From contig NC_057719.1 in NCBI RefSeq assembly GCF_004010195.1, forward strand, positions 34,631,692 to 34,695,691: a stretch of 64,000 bases of DNA. The letters are read 5' to 3'. Shown here piece after piece: positions 63,481 to 64,000 of this stretch. Position 1 is the first letter of the stretch, and the number at the start of each line of letters is the position of its first letter. The translations under genes and the position numbers were made by a program. This DNA is from Chiloscyllium plagiosum (Eukaryota). The notes under the pieces were generated by a model. It worked only from the letters and a program-made list of their open reading frames with translations, searched no databases and had not been told where the DNA came from.

Positions 63481-64000
63481 ACAGAGCAGTGAGGAGAGAA
63501 GGTGAGGTGAAGCAAGGGCTGTTGGGAATGGTACGTTTTCCCACTTAAAAAAGGACTTATCTTGGGAGTGGGGCCTCCATTTTGACAGAGCAGCGAGGAG
63601 AGGTGAGGTGAAGCGAGGATTGCCGGAAAGGTAAGGGCTTAATTTATATTTGGGCAGTGGCTAAACCCGAGATACTACACTTGTAGTATCTCCCTCCCGC
63701 TGCCCCACCCCCAAACCCCCCCACCTCCTCTAACCAGAAGAAAAAGACTCTGTAAGGTAAGGCTTTATTTCATTCTTTATCTTTCTTTTTCATATATTTA
63801 AGTGCATTATTTGGTTTTAGTTAGTTCATATAAAGCTAAGCTTACAATGGCAGGGGACCTCAGACTCATGGCATGTGCCTCTTGCTTGATGTGGGAGCTC
63901 AGGGATGTGGCTGACGTTCCTGACTCTTACACTTGCAAGAAGTGTGTCCAGCTGCAGCTGTTGTTTGAGCGCATGATGGCTCTGGAGCTGCGGATGGACT
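63481..64000 (+). mobile_element. 5' end of a younger CR1 LINE, continuing beyond the window
   Basis: 5' UTR with a duplicated ACAGAGCAG(T/C)GAGGAGAG..GTGAGGTGAAGC unit, followed by the ORF1 start. Confidence 0.85.
63847..64000 (+). CDS. CR1 ORF1 N-terminal zinc finger (open to the window end)
   Basis: MAGDLRLMACASCLMWELRDVADVPDSYTCKKCVQLQLLFERMMALELRMD; same CxxC..CxxC plus leucine repeat as 26258-26926. Confidence 0.8.
   Translation, partial: MAGDLRLMACASCLMWELRDVADVPDSYTCKKCVQLQLLFERMMALELRMD

Overview
Repeat-dense, AT-rich vertebrate non-coding DNA. The repeat content (HE1/V-SINEs, their partner CR1-type LINEs, Deu-type SINEs) points to a cartilaginous fish, probably a shark; this is inference. 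I could not identify a host protein-coding gene, only weak candidate exons. Every recognisable ORF is a transposon remnant: CR1 ORF1 (zinc finger plus SGNH esterase) and ORF2 (APE plus RT), L2/Crack-like, Tx1-like, Harbinger, and a decayed Penelope-like element (PLE; RT plus GIY-YIG). The most interesting signal is a set of about 10 short (95-255 bp) PLE-derived insertions. Most carry a minimal type I hammerhead ribozyme motif (CUGANGA-stem II-GAAACGUC) and several have ~14-bp target-site duplications. Four are palindromes in which only one arm has a 34-36 nt tail, and most 5' breakpoints sit at the 5' edge of the ribozyme core. Two copies 18 kb apart are identical over ~92 nt, and one palindrome has perfect 85-bp arms, which suggests recent mobility. 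All alignments were done by eye; boundaries of old repeats are approximate.
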